Shown: one piece after another, positions 48,785 through 60,722 of the stretch
Layout of the letters: each line of letters opens with the position of its first letter
Position numbering within the stretch: position 1 is the first letter of the stretch
Position numbers and translations under genes: made by a program
Origin: Rebecca billardiae RCC1528
Lineage: Eukaryota; Protista; Haptophyta
Direction: 5' to 3'
DNA length: 64,000 bases
NCBI GenBank assembly: GCA_965240325.2
Contig: OZ251232.1
Span: 1,860,001 to 1,924,000, forward strand
Notes under the pieces: model-generated
Seen by the model: the letters and a program-made list of their open reading frames with translations, nothing else
The model's database searches: none
What the model was told of the DNA's origin: nothing

Positions 48785-51683
48785 ATGTCGACAAACGGCT
48801 CGGATGCGAAGTACGACGGCGATATCACCTACCTCCAGGTCGCTGCTTGGAAGCCCGAGGAGATCCGCATCCTGCGCGAAAAAGCTCGCGCCGCCAGGCT
48901 CGAACAGGCTCGCATCGCGAAGAAGCTGGCGGAGGCGGAGTATGAGCAGATGAAGAAGGAGGCGGAGAAGGAGGCTTGCGAGAACTCGCAGGAGAACAAC
49001 GGCATGCCGCCGTCTGACCAGGACGCGCAGGTCCAGAACAAGCAGAAGTGCCTCAATCGCTTCCAGCGCATGGCGGCAGACGCTGACCGCCAGCAGACCG
49101 AGGAGCAGATCGAGGAGCAGCCCAAGGGCAAGGCGACCATCAGGCAGGGCGACAAGGTGGTCCTGCGTATCAAGAAGCCCAAGGCGCAGCCGACCTCCGG
49201 GTCGGAGGCCGTCCACTGCCAGTCCGGTCCCGCGCACGGTCGCGGCCGCGGACCGCGCCGTGGGCGCAAGCCAAGGGTTGCGCACGCACAGGATTCGTCC
49301 GGTGTGGTGCCGCCCGAGGCGAGGCAGCAGCCGCGCGAGCAATCGCGCGGCGGCTCGCACAAGTCCGGCCACGCGCATGGTCGCGGCGGACAAGGCGGCC
49401 ACGAGCCGCGGGTTGTGCACGCACCGGATGGCGGATGGTTCCGGCGCGGTGCCGCCCAAACACGCGCAGCGGCCGCGCGAGCAATCGCGCGGCGGCTCGC
49501 GCGAGGCCGACCCTCGGTCGGGCCAGACTCTTCAGACCGATGACCATCGGTCGAAGCAGCTAGATCAGACTAGCTCGCGCGACAAGCGCTCTCGCCCCGA
49601 TCGGAGCCCCGATCGTGAGGCTGGGCAGTCGCCCAATAAGCGCCCATGTGGCAATAACTCAGCTGCGGCTGATCCGCGGGCGGCGGACGGTGATCCTTCA
49701 CCGTCCCTGCCGAGCGATGTCGATGACTCACCTCTCCGCACGCTCGAAGAGCAATGTGCGAAAGGAGACTCGCCCCCTGCCAAAGCCGATCCTCCGGCGG
49801 CACCGGCCAAACAGGCGACCGTGATCGATCACCCGATCCGCGCCTACGATGGCGCCGGTCCATCAGGTGTCGGGGTGGCCGAGCCTGGCTCGGCGCTCGG
49901 GCAGTACTTAGGGCAGTTCTCCAACGGAGCCATCGACCCGCTCATCCGCTACCTGCAGACGCAGATGCGTGTTGGACCGCGTACCCCGCACACGCTTGAG
50001 GCGTTCAACCGCATCTGCAAGATCCTCAGCCTGGTCGACGACAGGCCTGACAGCCCGCTCTCGCGGCTGGATTTTTACGATCTGCAGCGGATAATTGCGG
50101 ACAACCTCGGACCCTCGTTCTCGAACGAGTTCAGGTCGTACCACGAGGAGATGACGAGCTTCGTCACGGCCGCTGCCAAGGAAGCAGTGGAGGGCCTCCT
50201 CGTGCAGGCCTTCAAGTTGGCCGCGCCATATGCACTCAAACGGGTGCGTGGCGGCTGGGGCGCGAGCGCTGACACGCCGCCGTGCTGCGTGCTGAAAGCA
50301 CTGCTGACAATCGCCCCCGGCCCATTCTGCGTGCCCTGCAGGCCCAGCGGTGGGATTGAGACGCTCAAGCCCATCTTGGTGCTTGAAGTCCTCTTCCCTG
50401 ACCCGCCAGTATGGCTCCAGCCGCACAACTGGCACAACGTCGAGCGGGCCTGGGAGCCGCATATTGACCTGGCCAGGCCGGCCACATGGCCTTTCAGTAT
50501 GCATCGCTACTGTGCCAATCGGCCGTACCTAGAGTCGAGTAATTACGCAGGGGTCTTTGCGACCTGGTCGCGTCAGCTGACTCTCTTGTTGAGTGCAGAA
50601 ATGCGACCCGACTGTCGTCGCCGGACTTGGCTATGACAAGTCAGGCGCGCAGATCATGCTACATGAGATCTGCACGATCGATGTGCATCCCAACATGCCG
50701 CCTGGTGCCGATTTTTCGAACGGTGCCCTCGAGAACCCGTATGTCGGCTGGGATGACATCGATGGGCTGTACGATGACAACGACATCGACAGCAGCTGCC
50801 GCGAGTGCTGCAACAACCAGTGTTGCAGCGCGCCCAGCGTGCGCTACCGATGCTCGCTCTGCGGCATCGCGATGGTGTGCTCATTGAAGTGCGCCGACGA
50901 GTACCAGATGGCACACTTGGGTGAGTGCTGCCAGATCCGGTGCCTCGTCAAGTACCAGCAGCATTACGCTGCGGGGGCCAAGCATTCAGGACACTGGTCC
51001 GACGGCTACCCAAAAGATCTTGTTGAGCTCGACCCTGCGTCGACTCGCGAGGTATCAGCCTTCGCTTACCTCTACCACGAGGCTTCGTACTACCAGCACA
51101 TCGCAATGCTGGATCGTACCGTCACCGAAGAGTATCGCTGGAGAGACAAGCTCCTCGCGCAGTATGACGTGCAGTATCACTGCAACGACGTCACACTGCC
51201 TGAGCACGTTCCTCGCGAGCTCGCTTCCATCGACAGTCTCTCACGGGAGCTCAGCTCTGATGGCTGGAACCCTGGGGACAGCGATGATGACGATGACGAT
51301 GACGATGACGATGACAAGCCTGCGAAGCCCGACCATCACCCGCAGTCGGATGACTCAGGGGCTGATGGCGGCTCAGAACTCAGCAGCTGCAGCAGCAGCA
51401 CGCCCGCGGGCGCGAGCCCGCGCGCGGACCCTGAGCAAGCCTCCGCGACGGAGGCGCACCATTCCGAGGCGGATCACGTGCATGATACTACGCCTCGTGA
51501 GTCAAGCGGCGCACCGGAGACACCGTTCTCCTCCTACGATGCCTCGTGCGACTGGATCGTGGTCGGCACCGAGAGCGATTTCGCCGCATCCACGACGTCC
51601 GCCATCGTGACCGAACGCGCTTTTGCGCTTGCGGCAAGGCTTTTGCCCCAACTGCCGGCTGCCATCGTGCCCAGAGGGGGACT
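48785..51683 (+). pseudogene. Second (cargo) gene in three overlapping frames: coiled coil, unknown helical region, MYND zinc finger, acidic tail
   Basis: CNNQCC-SAPSVRYR-CSLC-GIAMV-C-SLK-C-ADEYQMA-H-LGE-C at ~50809-50928 fits zf-MYND spacing. Frame changes near 49.3-49.5 kb and 50.6 kb are either introns or frameshifts. Confidence 0.6.
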
Positions 51684-52491
51684 ATCTGGCGCACTTCTGC
51701 ACTGGGGAGGCGGAAAAGCGGCATTTAATACGTACTACGACCTCATCCTCATCCAGGCGACGCCAACTCGACGAGCTAATGCACGCCAGTGGGCGGCCCA
51801 CTGGCGTGCAGATTAAGGGTTTCGTCAGGTTGGCGCGCGCTGGGGCGGGCGCTCCCGCCGCCACCTCGCTCTCGCCTACCGCCGCCAGGGCGAGGCCGCG
51901 CGAAGTCCAGTAGAGCTTCCGATGGGACGCAGTGGGGCGGTAGCGAAGCGGTGAACTACTGTAGCTTGCGCGTGGCGCAGCGCTTCACGCCTTCGCACCT
52001 CGACGGTCAGCTGCAGGCCCGCGAGAGCGCGAGCGTGCGCCGCCGCCACATTCAGCCAGAGACATGCCGCGCCTTGCCTGCCGAGGCAGCAAAGAGGCAC
52101 GCACGTGAAGCCGCTGGGCACCATGGCGCGCGACCACGACCGTACTGTCACATGGCTCACGCCGTCCTGGGATGCGCGCCTCGGGTTGCGCTCAGCGCGC
52201 GCATACTTTGCGGGGACGACAGCACTGCTGAAGCAGAGAGGCGGCGCACACGCCCGTGCGGGCTCAAGGCGCCGAGAAGATGGTCAGACGCGAGTTGCCC
52301 GGCGCAGGGCGGCGCAGAAAGGCCCTATGCCTCTGCCCGACCGCGTGCGCCATCGCCGCGTGCACGTCTACGACCGCGGCGGCGCGGCAGCGGGCGGCGC
52401 CTCGCGGCGGATGGCTGTGGCAGGCGCACGCGGCGGGTTTTGAATTTCTCTCATTTTCAGAGTTTCCCAAATCCTGAGGTCTGGACCCATT

Positions 52492-54402
52492 CTATGATTT
52501 AACGACACAGGTAGGACGACGCGGGTCTCCTGATAGTCCCCCTCGGGGCACGATGGCTGCCGGCAGTTGAGGCAAAAGCGTTGCCGCAAGGCTTTTGGTT
52601 CGTGATGACGACCCACTGCGTGCCAGTGCGGCACGACGCACAAGGGCCGAGGTATGGGAGGCATGAAAGGGCGGGCACGGCAGGGCGCGGGGCTTTGATG
52701 GTCGTAGATGACTCTTCTTCAGGCCTTGGCATCGCTGGGCGACTCGTATCCACCTCTCTCCAGCTCCTGTTGTCCCTGCTTCCGCATGGCCTGTGATGGA
52801 CGTGCACGCCGACCGTGCACGGGGCAAAGACAAGTGCATAACGCCGGGGGAGGCCGGAGTTGTCGGTGGTGGATGTTTGCGCATCGCTCATGGAATGCCG
52901 TCAGCGCTCGCAGCTCGCATGTAGTTTCGCTCGCCGCTCCAGGGCCCGCGTCTCCGCTCCTGTGGTAGTATACCAGGCATTACGGTGATTGCTTTTTGAA
53001 TTGGGATTCTTCTGCAGCTTCTGTCATGTATGGCTCTGGAGCTCTTCCTGGGGGTGTCTGCAAGGATCGGATGGGCTCGAGAGCTCGCGCACGCGCTGGC
53101 AGCCTCCCTCCGAAGGCTACGTGCACTGCTCGCGTTCACTCATCCAGGAGCGCAGGGTAAGAATCCGAGCAGGGCGCCCGCGCGGGCGGGCGTACGATCA
53201 AAGATCACAGCAGCGGTCGCTTGCACAAGCCAAGCGACAATGGAGGTAGATTACAGGCGCCAATGTGCGTAGATACCTCAAGCACGTACATGTCACACAA
53301 CCCGCAACGCCACACGCGCCGTCGCGCCCGTGGTGTCCGCGTGGGCGCTCCCTCGTTGTGCGAGAGATGGCCCACGCTGGGAGCGCTGGGCAGCCATCTC
53401 GCGAGCCGCGGCAACGCTTTTGAGCCGGACTGGCGCCCCGAGGGGGACTATTCGTCGGCGGCAGTGCCCGATCGTCGACTCGAAGTCGGCGTTGGTGGCA
53501 GAGCATAGCCTGCACCGCGATCGGATTGCTTGAGCGCGGCCTTGAGCTGCTGGAGCGCGATCCACCTGCGCTGCGCGGCTCGCATGGCCCTGCTGTGCCC
53601 CGAGCGAGGGCGATGATGCAGGTCCGGATGTCAGCTGGCAGTCTCAGCCGCTGGTAGCAGCTGGTCGAGCCTGCCCCGTGCTCCCTGAGCGGTCGCGTAC
53701 GCGCCTGCCGCTCGAGCCAGCTGGCTGGCTGGCGGCGGCTGGCGCTGCGGCGTCGTCCAGGGTGCGCTTCGTCCGCTGCTGCGGCAGCTCCTCGTCGTCC
53801 AAGTCGTCGCCCGGGGGCGAGTCTCGGTCCTCGTGGAGCGGGGCAGCAGGGACTGGCGTGGGTGCAGCGGTCGGTGCCAGGCGCGCCGCCTTGCGCGCCT
53901 GGCGTTCCTTGACGGCGCGGCGCGTCGAGGAGCGACGGCTCGATGGAGAACGAATCCGTCGGCCCTCGGCGTCGCGCCGTTGCCCGCGCTTCCCACGCCG
54001 GGGCTTCTTCTTCCGCTTCTGAGAGTGCTGCTGCTCGTCGTTCGCCTGCAGCGCCTCAGCGTCCGAGCCCTGCGCGGCGGGCGGGCGCACCGGCGAGGCC
54101 GGCGTGACCGCTGCGTGCTGGGCGGTCCGCGGGGGAGCAGTAGGAGGCGCGCCACGACCTCCCTTGCGCCGCCGGCGAGGGCCGGCGGATTTTCCCTGTG
54201 GAGAAGCATAGCCAGCCTCCTGAGTGGCCGTCCTGGCGATGGAGTGCGTCAGCCGCGTGCCATCCGTTAGCGTGATGGTCCACCAGCGCGAGAGGCCATC
54301 CGCGGCGGTGCGCTTCGATCCGTCACACAGTGCGCGGTCGGAGAAGCGCAGCTCGCCGGGGAAAGTCCCCTCGGGCTCGGTGTTCGTGGCGACGCTGGGC
54401 AT
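52492..54402 (-). pseudogene. Small, highly basic protein gene (QKRKKKPRRGKRG), probably spliced and interrupted by the 915-bp MITE; partial paralog at 56328-56700
   Basis: ORF MPSVATNTEPEG... runs 54402-53644. An intron-like segment at ~53590-53670 has a branch site, a CAGCAG acceptor and a GTACGA donor in the paralog. The downstream frame MRAAQRRWIALQQLKAALKQ would stop within the junction motif. Confidence 0.4.
52535..53449. mobile_element. 915-bp non-autonomous ISL2EU-family element with AT TSD
   Basis: Filled site CCTGAT[AGTCCCCCTC...GAGGGGGACT]ATTCGTCGG; empty paralogous site CCTGATTCGTCGG at 54821-54833. Confidence 0.92.
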
Positions 54403-54879
54403 CCTCGGTCTACGTGGCCATGCTGGGAAGTACGGACCAATTCTATGATTTAAAGACACAGGCACGAGGGCGCAGCTCTCCTGATTCGTCTGTCGAAGTA
54501 CTGAATGGAGTTAATGGAGGATGTCGGAGCGCGTTGGCCGCGGGTGAGGGAGTCGTCGTAACCGATGCTGATCACACGGTCACTGAGGTAGTAGGCGCCC
54601 GGGGATGCCGCTGTTTTGCAGTCGTCGTCAGCCTTGGTCATCATGTAGTTGCCCGCGTCGTCGTCGTCCGAGGCTGTTCAAGTTATGATGCCGTAGTGCA
54701 GGTAGTGGATGTGGTCGCCCGGGCCGGTGTGCGCGGCCTAGTGGCCTTGGTTGGTTACAACCGCGATCTTTTATTGACTCATTCTATGATTTAACGACAC
54801 AGGTAGGACGACGCGGGTCTCCTGATTCGTCGGCGGCCGTGCCCGATCGTCGACACGAAGTCGGCGTTGGTGGCAGAGC

Positions 54880-56327
54880 CCGCCGCCTTGACTGCCCCCC
54901 AGCCCCGTTTTTGGCCGCACGATTGCGAATCTCAGAGTTACTTGGCCAGTCAATGTTTAGAGTTTTGAAGAAGGCGAAAGACTATCTGGCGGCCGAAACG
55001 AGGGACGGCTGTCCCGATGGCGTTCCCGGCCGCGAAGTCCGCCGGTGCCTTGCACGAGGGCGGCCGATCAGTGGCGCCTAGCCCGGTCGTCCGCGCGGTT
55101 GTGTCAGCGCACGCGCCATGTGTGTGCCCCCCGCTGTCACGGCATGTTGTGCGCCAGCACCGTGGGAGCTCCTCGCCTGTTCCTGTCACTCACGGCCAAG
55201 CGACGGTGCAGAGATCTTCAGTCCGAGCCCGCGACTGCTGAACTTCTGTGATACGTGTGCGAATCCTTGCAGAAAAGCACGCTCTGCTCCCGCAAATCTA
55301 CCTGGCGAACGTGCGCTGGTGTCAATGCTTCACGCAGTGCACAAATGCCATGGCGAATCAGTCTTCCCTGCGTGTCACAGGCCTTGGCGTTTGCACATCG
55401 ACAAGCTAACGGAGACGAGTCCCGACGAGCTGCGTATGGCTGTGGTCGCATGTAGTGTGGGCGTCGAACGCCGGAGAAGGTGGTGGCTGAAGGCGATAGA
55501 AGTATGCTCTCCCATCGGGTACAAGCCAGGCTTGGAAGACGTCTGCTTGCATCACACACACAGCTTACGCCGACCCGTGCGACGTGAAGCGCCTCAAGCG
55601 TGACGGAAGCCGAACCCAAGGTGCGCGCAAGGCGTGAGGAGCAGGGTGATCTAACCTTACGCGGGCCTGCTCATCTAGCAGCGCACTCAGTAGATCGCCC
55701 CCGTCCTCAGGCGCACGATGACCACCGAATCGTGAATGTGTAGACGCTGACGCGTGCCAGCTTGCGGCGAGCAGCGACCGTGCAGTGGACTCGGGCCTCG
55801 CGCAAGAACAAGCAGGTTTTTTTGGCGCGGAGGACGCTAGCATGACCTGGACGTACAGCGGGGAGATTGTTTGCCAGGCGTGCCCTACATACAGCTCGCG
55901 TGCCCCTCAGATATCCCGCGCGGAGAACGTCAGCAGCCGAGCATCGCAGTCCGCGCAGCAGCCCCAACCACTCAGCTCCGCCCCTCGCCCACCACGAGAC
56001 GGCGAGACTTACCGACGAAGTGGAACGGAGCGAGCATCTATTTCCTATTGGGGCTCGCGGGAGCCGATGTGATCATTTTTCATTGAGCAAACCCGAGCTA
56101 GCTTTCCATTGGACGGATTCGGGATTGGTGGCTTCGCTTAATCGCTACTCCTCAACGCCAAAACACTACAGCTTCACATCCCGAAAATGCAAGTTTGGAC
56201 AATAGAGTGAGGCACCCTCCTCCAATGAAATTGCTGAAAATCCCGACGAAACTTTACTGACGTACGTCAGTAAACGCAATCTCCGGGAGATATGGCCATT
56301 TCCGCCCACTGGGGTCATTCAAGGTCG
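54880..56327. mobile_element. 1.45-kb insertion with short imperfect TIRs (CCTTGA.TG.CCCC) and a THAP-like remnant
   Basis: Absent from the paralogous site GGCAGAGCATAGCC at ~53496. Possible GC duplication. RRRRWWLKAIE...VCLHH at ~55470-55555. Palindrome TTTACTGACGTACGTCAGTAAA at ~56252. Confidence 0.65.
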
Positions 56328-58181
56328 GCATAGCCTGCACCGCGATCGTAAAGCTTGAGCGCGGCCTTGAGCTGCTGAAGCGCGATCCACCTGCGCTGCG
56401 CGGCTCGCATGGACCTGCTGTGCCCCGAGCAAGGGCGAAAGTGCACGTCCGGATGTCAGCTGGCAGTCTCAGCAGTGGGTAGCAGCTGGTCGTACCTGCC
56501 CCGTGCTCCCCGCCCCCGGGCGGTCGCGTACGCGCTTGCTGCTCGAGCCAGCTGGCTGGCTGGCGGCGGCTGGCGCTGCGGCGTCGTCCAGGGTGCGCTT
56601 TGCCCGCTGCGGCGACGCCTCCTCGTCGTCCAAGTCATCGCCCGGGGGCGAGTCTCGGTCATCGTGGAGGGGGGCAGCAGGGGCTGGCGTGTCGGCGGTG
56701 CCGAGACTGTATTATAAATGGGGCACCGCCCCATTAAAGGCCATTAGCTCAAATCCGAAGAGAACGAAGTTGTAACATTGCCTGGAATCCCTAGATACTA
56801 TGCTGTCCGGGTCCGCAATCCGGGGCGGATCTGAGCAGCCGGATTTTCCGCCCGGACAGGCCAGAAAATGGGATTTTCACCCAAGGGGAGTGAAGGCAGA
56901 AGGGCTGAAGGCCGCGCCCCCGGACGAGCGCTGGGTGAGGAACCCCGATCGACGGCGGTTCCGGACCGAGCTCGCCCGCGGCAATCGCAAACCCACGTTA
57001 CCCGCAACATTGAACATTAATACTGCATTACCCCTGTCCGGTTAAGACCCGGACTGCAAGCGGCTGCGGCAGCAGGGCGTCCGGCTTGCAGGCTTCAGTA
57101 GTGGGTCTGTAAGCTAGTCCGTGCACTCTACTCATTCTAAAGGGCCGCCCCACTATAACGGTCAGGTTTACCCAGAGCGGAGAGCCGAGAGCGCGCGGAG
57201 TTGAAGATTCATCGTTTTTGTCAAAACTGGGCGCAAGTCAGGTGGCTTCCTACCGGCGCCGGCGGATCGCGTGATGGCAGAAGGAGCGCTGTGCCGACAG
57301 CGGCGCCCGCCTTCTCCCCCGGGCGACCCGGCGTAGGTGGGCCCACTGGCTACTGTGGGATTATAGTGGCGCAGAGCGCGAGCTCATAGCGCGGTGTTTA
57401 CTTTCGTCTCGAGCTGGATTCCAGCCCCATGAGATGGCCCCTGGCCTGCCTGGTAAAAAAAACCAGTGGTACATGCTGTAAATATAGGGCGTAACGGTGA
57501 CCCTATTTACTTATTGGAAATGGCCTGTGACCAATGTAACGACCATGTAACGGGCGTCTTAATCGTGATATATAGGGTCGACAGACGTCACTTTGATATA
57601 GCACTTTGATGAGCTGATCATAGGTCTTCAGCAGCATGCACACTCATTGTCACATATACGGCGTATATGGGCACTCTGAGAATATGGGATAACGACCGTT
57701 ATACCCGTGCGTTACATATACACCGCCATGCTGATCAGCATGGCTGCCATAGTATTTCAGACTGTTTCAGACTGCTCTAGTAGCAGCCGTACGGCGTGCA
57801 TGTGACACCTAAGAATTTTTCCAACCCTTCTACCCTCGAAGGACGAGTCTTACAGACTTAAGGAGCCGTGGGCAAAGATTGAGCCTAACCGAGTCGCGGC
57901 GCCAGCCCGCCGGCCGTGGTCAAGGCAAGCAGGAGTGGGGCACGCGGCGCCGGGCACATCCAGCAGCCCGCGCAGCTTGAACACGGCGGACAAGGACCAA
58001 GGTTCGTCGAGTGCTCATCTGTGGCGTTCAAGGCAGGCACTGCTACGCATCGAATGCCTTTTCTCGTGCTCCGACCTAACCGTTGCTCTACATTGCGACC
58101 AAGCTGTGTCCGAGCTGTCCTCAGCTGGACAGTCCTCTGCCTAACTGTGCGCAACGGCCGATTCGTCGCAGCGCTGAGCTG

Positions 58182-58258
58182 CCCCCCCCCCCCCCCCCCC
58201 CCCCCGAGCCCCCCCCCCCCCCCCCCCCCCCCCCCCCCAGCCCCCCCCGGCCCCCCCG
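58182..58258. repeat. Interrupted poly-C tract
   Basis: Direct reading. Confidence 0.9.
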
Positions 58259-58836
58259 AGCCGCACTTCTGGCGCACGCACCCCTGACGTGCGCACGCCC
58301 CCGCAAACACGGCAATCGTGCACACGCGCCCCGCGTGCGGGCAGAGTGAGTGTGGTGGAGCACTTATGTGGTGGTGTGGGCCGAAGTCGCCATTCGGCAT
58401 TAGGGCACCGCTGCGTTTTTCCACGGGCCGGTCCGCCAGACCGCGAAACAATTCACGCATTTTCAGAGCGAGTCGCGGCTCCGCCTTCCCATTGGTCGGT
58501 TGGGGGGGGATCGAAAAATGAGCGGTCGCCAAAGTGAGACATATTATCTCAATACCATCAGGCGAAAGACTGGAATCAGAAAGAAAACAAGCCAATGGTC
58601 GTCCCGGAAGGCATGATGGCTTGGCCGCAATCTCCTTAGCATCTCAGCAATCTTCGCTCGGTTTTTGTGTCCTTCTCCACCTCCACGAGGCCTGGACGAG
58701 ATCGCTTGCGAGCGGAAGGGCGTCGGGTCGAGACTCGAGTAGAGCGCGTCAAAGCGAAGGGGAGCCGCTGGCTCGCTGGCTCCGTGAGGTTCAAGGCAGC
58801 TAGCCGCCGACGCTGATTGCGAAGACGGCGGCTGGC

Positions 58837-59553
58837 CAAGGGCCGTAAGGGCACCCAACTCCCAGTGCGGCCAGCTCGGAGGTTGAGGTGCCTCTGTCTG
58901 TCTCGTGGCCTCGCGACTCGCGTCCGGCCGGCGTGCTTCAAACGCTGCGCGAGGGCGCGACGTCGAGCGCTCTGCCTGGATGACTGGCGGCGATGCCGAA
59001 CCCGGACGGCTCGCCGCTGAGCGGCGCGGGTCAAGGCTCTCCTGACACGCGCGTGAGTCCGCCAGGCTCGCCTCTTTCGCCTCTCGGCCCGTGCAATCGG
59101 CAGTTGCCAACGCGGCGCGCGAGCTCACTCGTGCCGTGCGCGCCAGCAGCAAACGGAGCGCTCGGGCTGCCTGCACCGGGCACGCAGGGGCAAGCGTGGG
59201 CGCCCGCCCGCACTTTGGCTTGTACGCCCCTACGGGCAGCCTCCATGTCCGCCTGACTCACTTCCGTTCCCGGCGGTCGGCTGCTCGACTCGTCGCGCGT
59301 CCGGTGGCCTCAGCCGAGCTGCGCTCGGCTCGCCCCCACCTCCGCCTCCACCTCCGCCTCGCCATCAGCACTGTCCGCCTCGCCCGCCGCGCGCCGCCCG
59401 CCGCGCGCCGCCCGCCGCGGCGCCCCGTCATGCCCGCACCCTCGCCTCCCGCGTCTTCGGCGACGGGCCACTCACCGCGGGCACTCACGGAGGCGAGCAC
59501 AACAGAGGCGCCCCAACCTCAGCACTGGGAGTTGGGTGCCCTTACGGCCCTTG
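58837..59553. mobile_element. 717-bp MITE with CA...TG ends, 32-bp perfect TIR and 7-bp flanking direct repeat GGCTGGC
   Basis: CAAGGGCCGTAAGGGCACCCAACTCCCAGTGC at 58837 and inverted at 59522-59553. GGCTGGC at 58830-36 and 59554-60. Confidence 0.75.
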
Positions 59554-60722
59554 GGCTGGCGATGGTCGCAACTCAAGTGGGATTGGGGATTGGAAAATGG
59601 GCTGAAAGACCAGGCATCGTATTCAACTCCAGCCGACCAACACTGCAGCTCTGTGATGCGGGCCCGGCCACTGTACTGTACACGGCAGGCCCCTGGCTTG
59701 CGTCGCGCCGCAGGTTGGGGTCGCCGGCCTTCCTATAGGCGCTCACCACGGCTCTTGCGACGGTGACGGTGACATGGATGAAGACGATGGCGACGCGTTT
59801 CACGACGCTGCCTCTGCGTGGCCAGACTCGCTGCGCAGTCGATCGGCCGGATGCACATCAAAAGGGTGGTGGCTGGCCGGTCCGCGGCGGGCAAGCTCAT
59901 CATGTCGTTCGGGCCTGGCGTCCGCGGCATGTGCCGTTTTCACCTCCCGCAGGTCGCATTTGAGCTGATGGAGTTATGCGGCGACGTCCTCAAGACCGGG
60001 CCAGAGGATCACAGCGTGGAGTGCAACGCTTGTTTTGCCGGGCGGTGAGCCGCGCGTGTTGATTCGCCGCGAATGATCGCTCGGCGACGACGACGACTAC
60101 CGGTCGTCGACTATACGGCCGCGTACGTACTATAACAACGGCGGTATAACTATCGGACCGTGTAGTAGTACCGGCGGGCCGTGGCGCGCCGCCGAGTCGT
60201 GCCGATTCCAGGACGTTATTCTGCCTATTCGTTCCGACGACTCATCCGACGTCGGGCCCGCGCGCGCCTGTTAGCCCGTTATTATTACTCGTCGTCGTTC
60301 CTGAACTTCCTCATCCCGATCCGAGTCCGACTCAGAAGTCAGTGATGTCAGATCCGGGCGCTGCGCCATCAGTGCGGGCGGCGTCACCACTTCCGTGTCG
60401 CCGCCGGCGGAACGTCTCCGCCGCCGGTCGGACCGGCGCTAGAAGTCGTATAGATGAATTGCTGGCGCTAGCTAGATCCGCCGAGTATCCGTGACGTGAT
60501 GCCGTGTCCCGTGATGGGACTGGGAGTTGGTTGGGACATGATTCTGGTCCGCGGCGGCGGCACGCCAATCGCGATAGTTCGACACGCGGTGACTGCATGC
60601 TCTGATGATGATCGTCATCTGTATATTGAGTGACTGGCGGGCAGCAGCGTGACGACGACGCCCACCGCGCTGTCGTCCGTCTAGTGCCAAGCTCCCAAGA
60701 GTCGTCGGGTATTTGACGCGGG
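59554..60722. repeat. Inverted copy of 28444-29493 + 32041-32165 lacking the 2.5-kb insert
   Basis: Near-identical over 59681-60060. The junction reads TA-CTG-TA at 59674-59680. Confidence 0.85.

Larger units (their letters stand above)
45855..51683 (+). mobile_element. 5.8-kb ISL2EU/PIF-Harbinger-group DNA transposon with TIR AGTCCCCCTC(G/T)GGGCACGATGGC and AT TSD
   Basis: TIRs at both ends with subterminal AAAAGCCTTGCCGC. AT at 45853-54 and 51684-85. Encodes a DDE_Tnp_4-type transposase. Confidence 0.88.
52484..54832. repeat. Three copies of a ~55-bp structured junction (52484-52534 interrupted, 54435-54491, 54776-54832)
   Basis: Consensus GACYMATTCTATG-ATTTAA-MGACACAGGYASGAS-N7-STCTCCTGATTCGTCK. 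Confidence 0.85.

Noticed and set aside
52484-54832. Hammerhead ribozyme, C/D snoRNA, SECIS or true bacterial attC reading of the junction
   Set aside because: It lacks the CUGANGA/GAAA core, a full C box, SECIS apical AA spacing and an RYYYAAC inverse core; only the general hairpin analogy is kept.
56730-57850. Possible Kolobok start TTAA|AGGCC and AT-richer block
   Set aside because: No matching opposite end or coding remnant found.
57916-58287. Proline-rich ORF over the poly-C tract
   Set aside because: No codon bias or recognisable domain; explained by the homopolymer.
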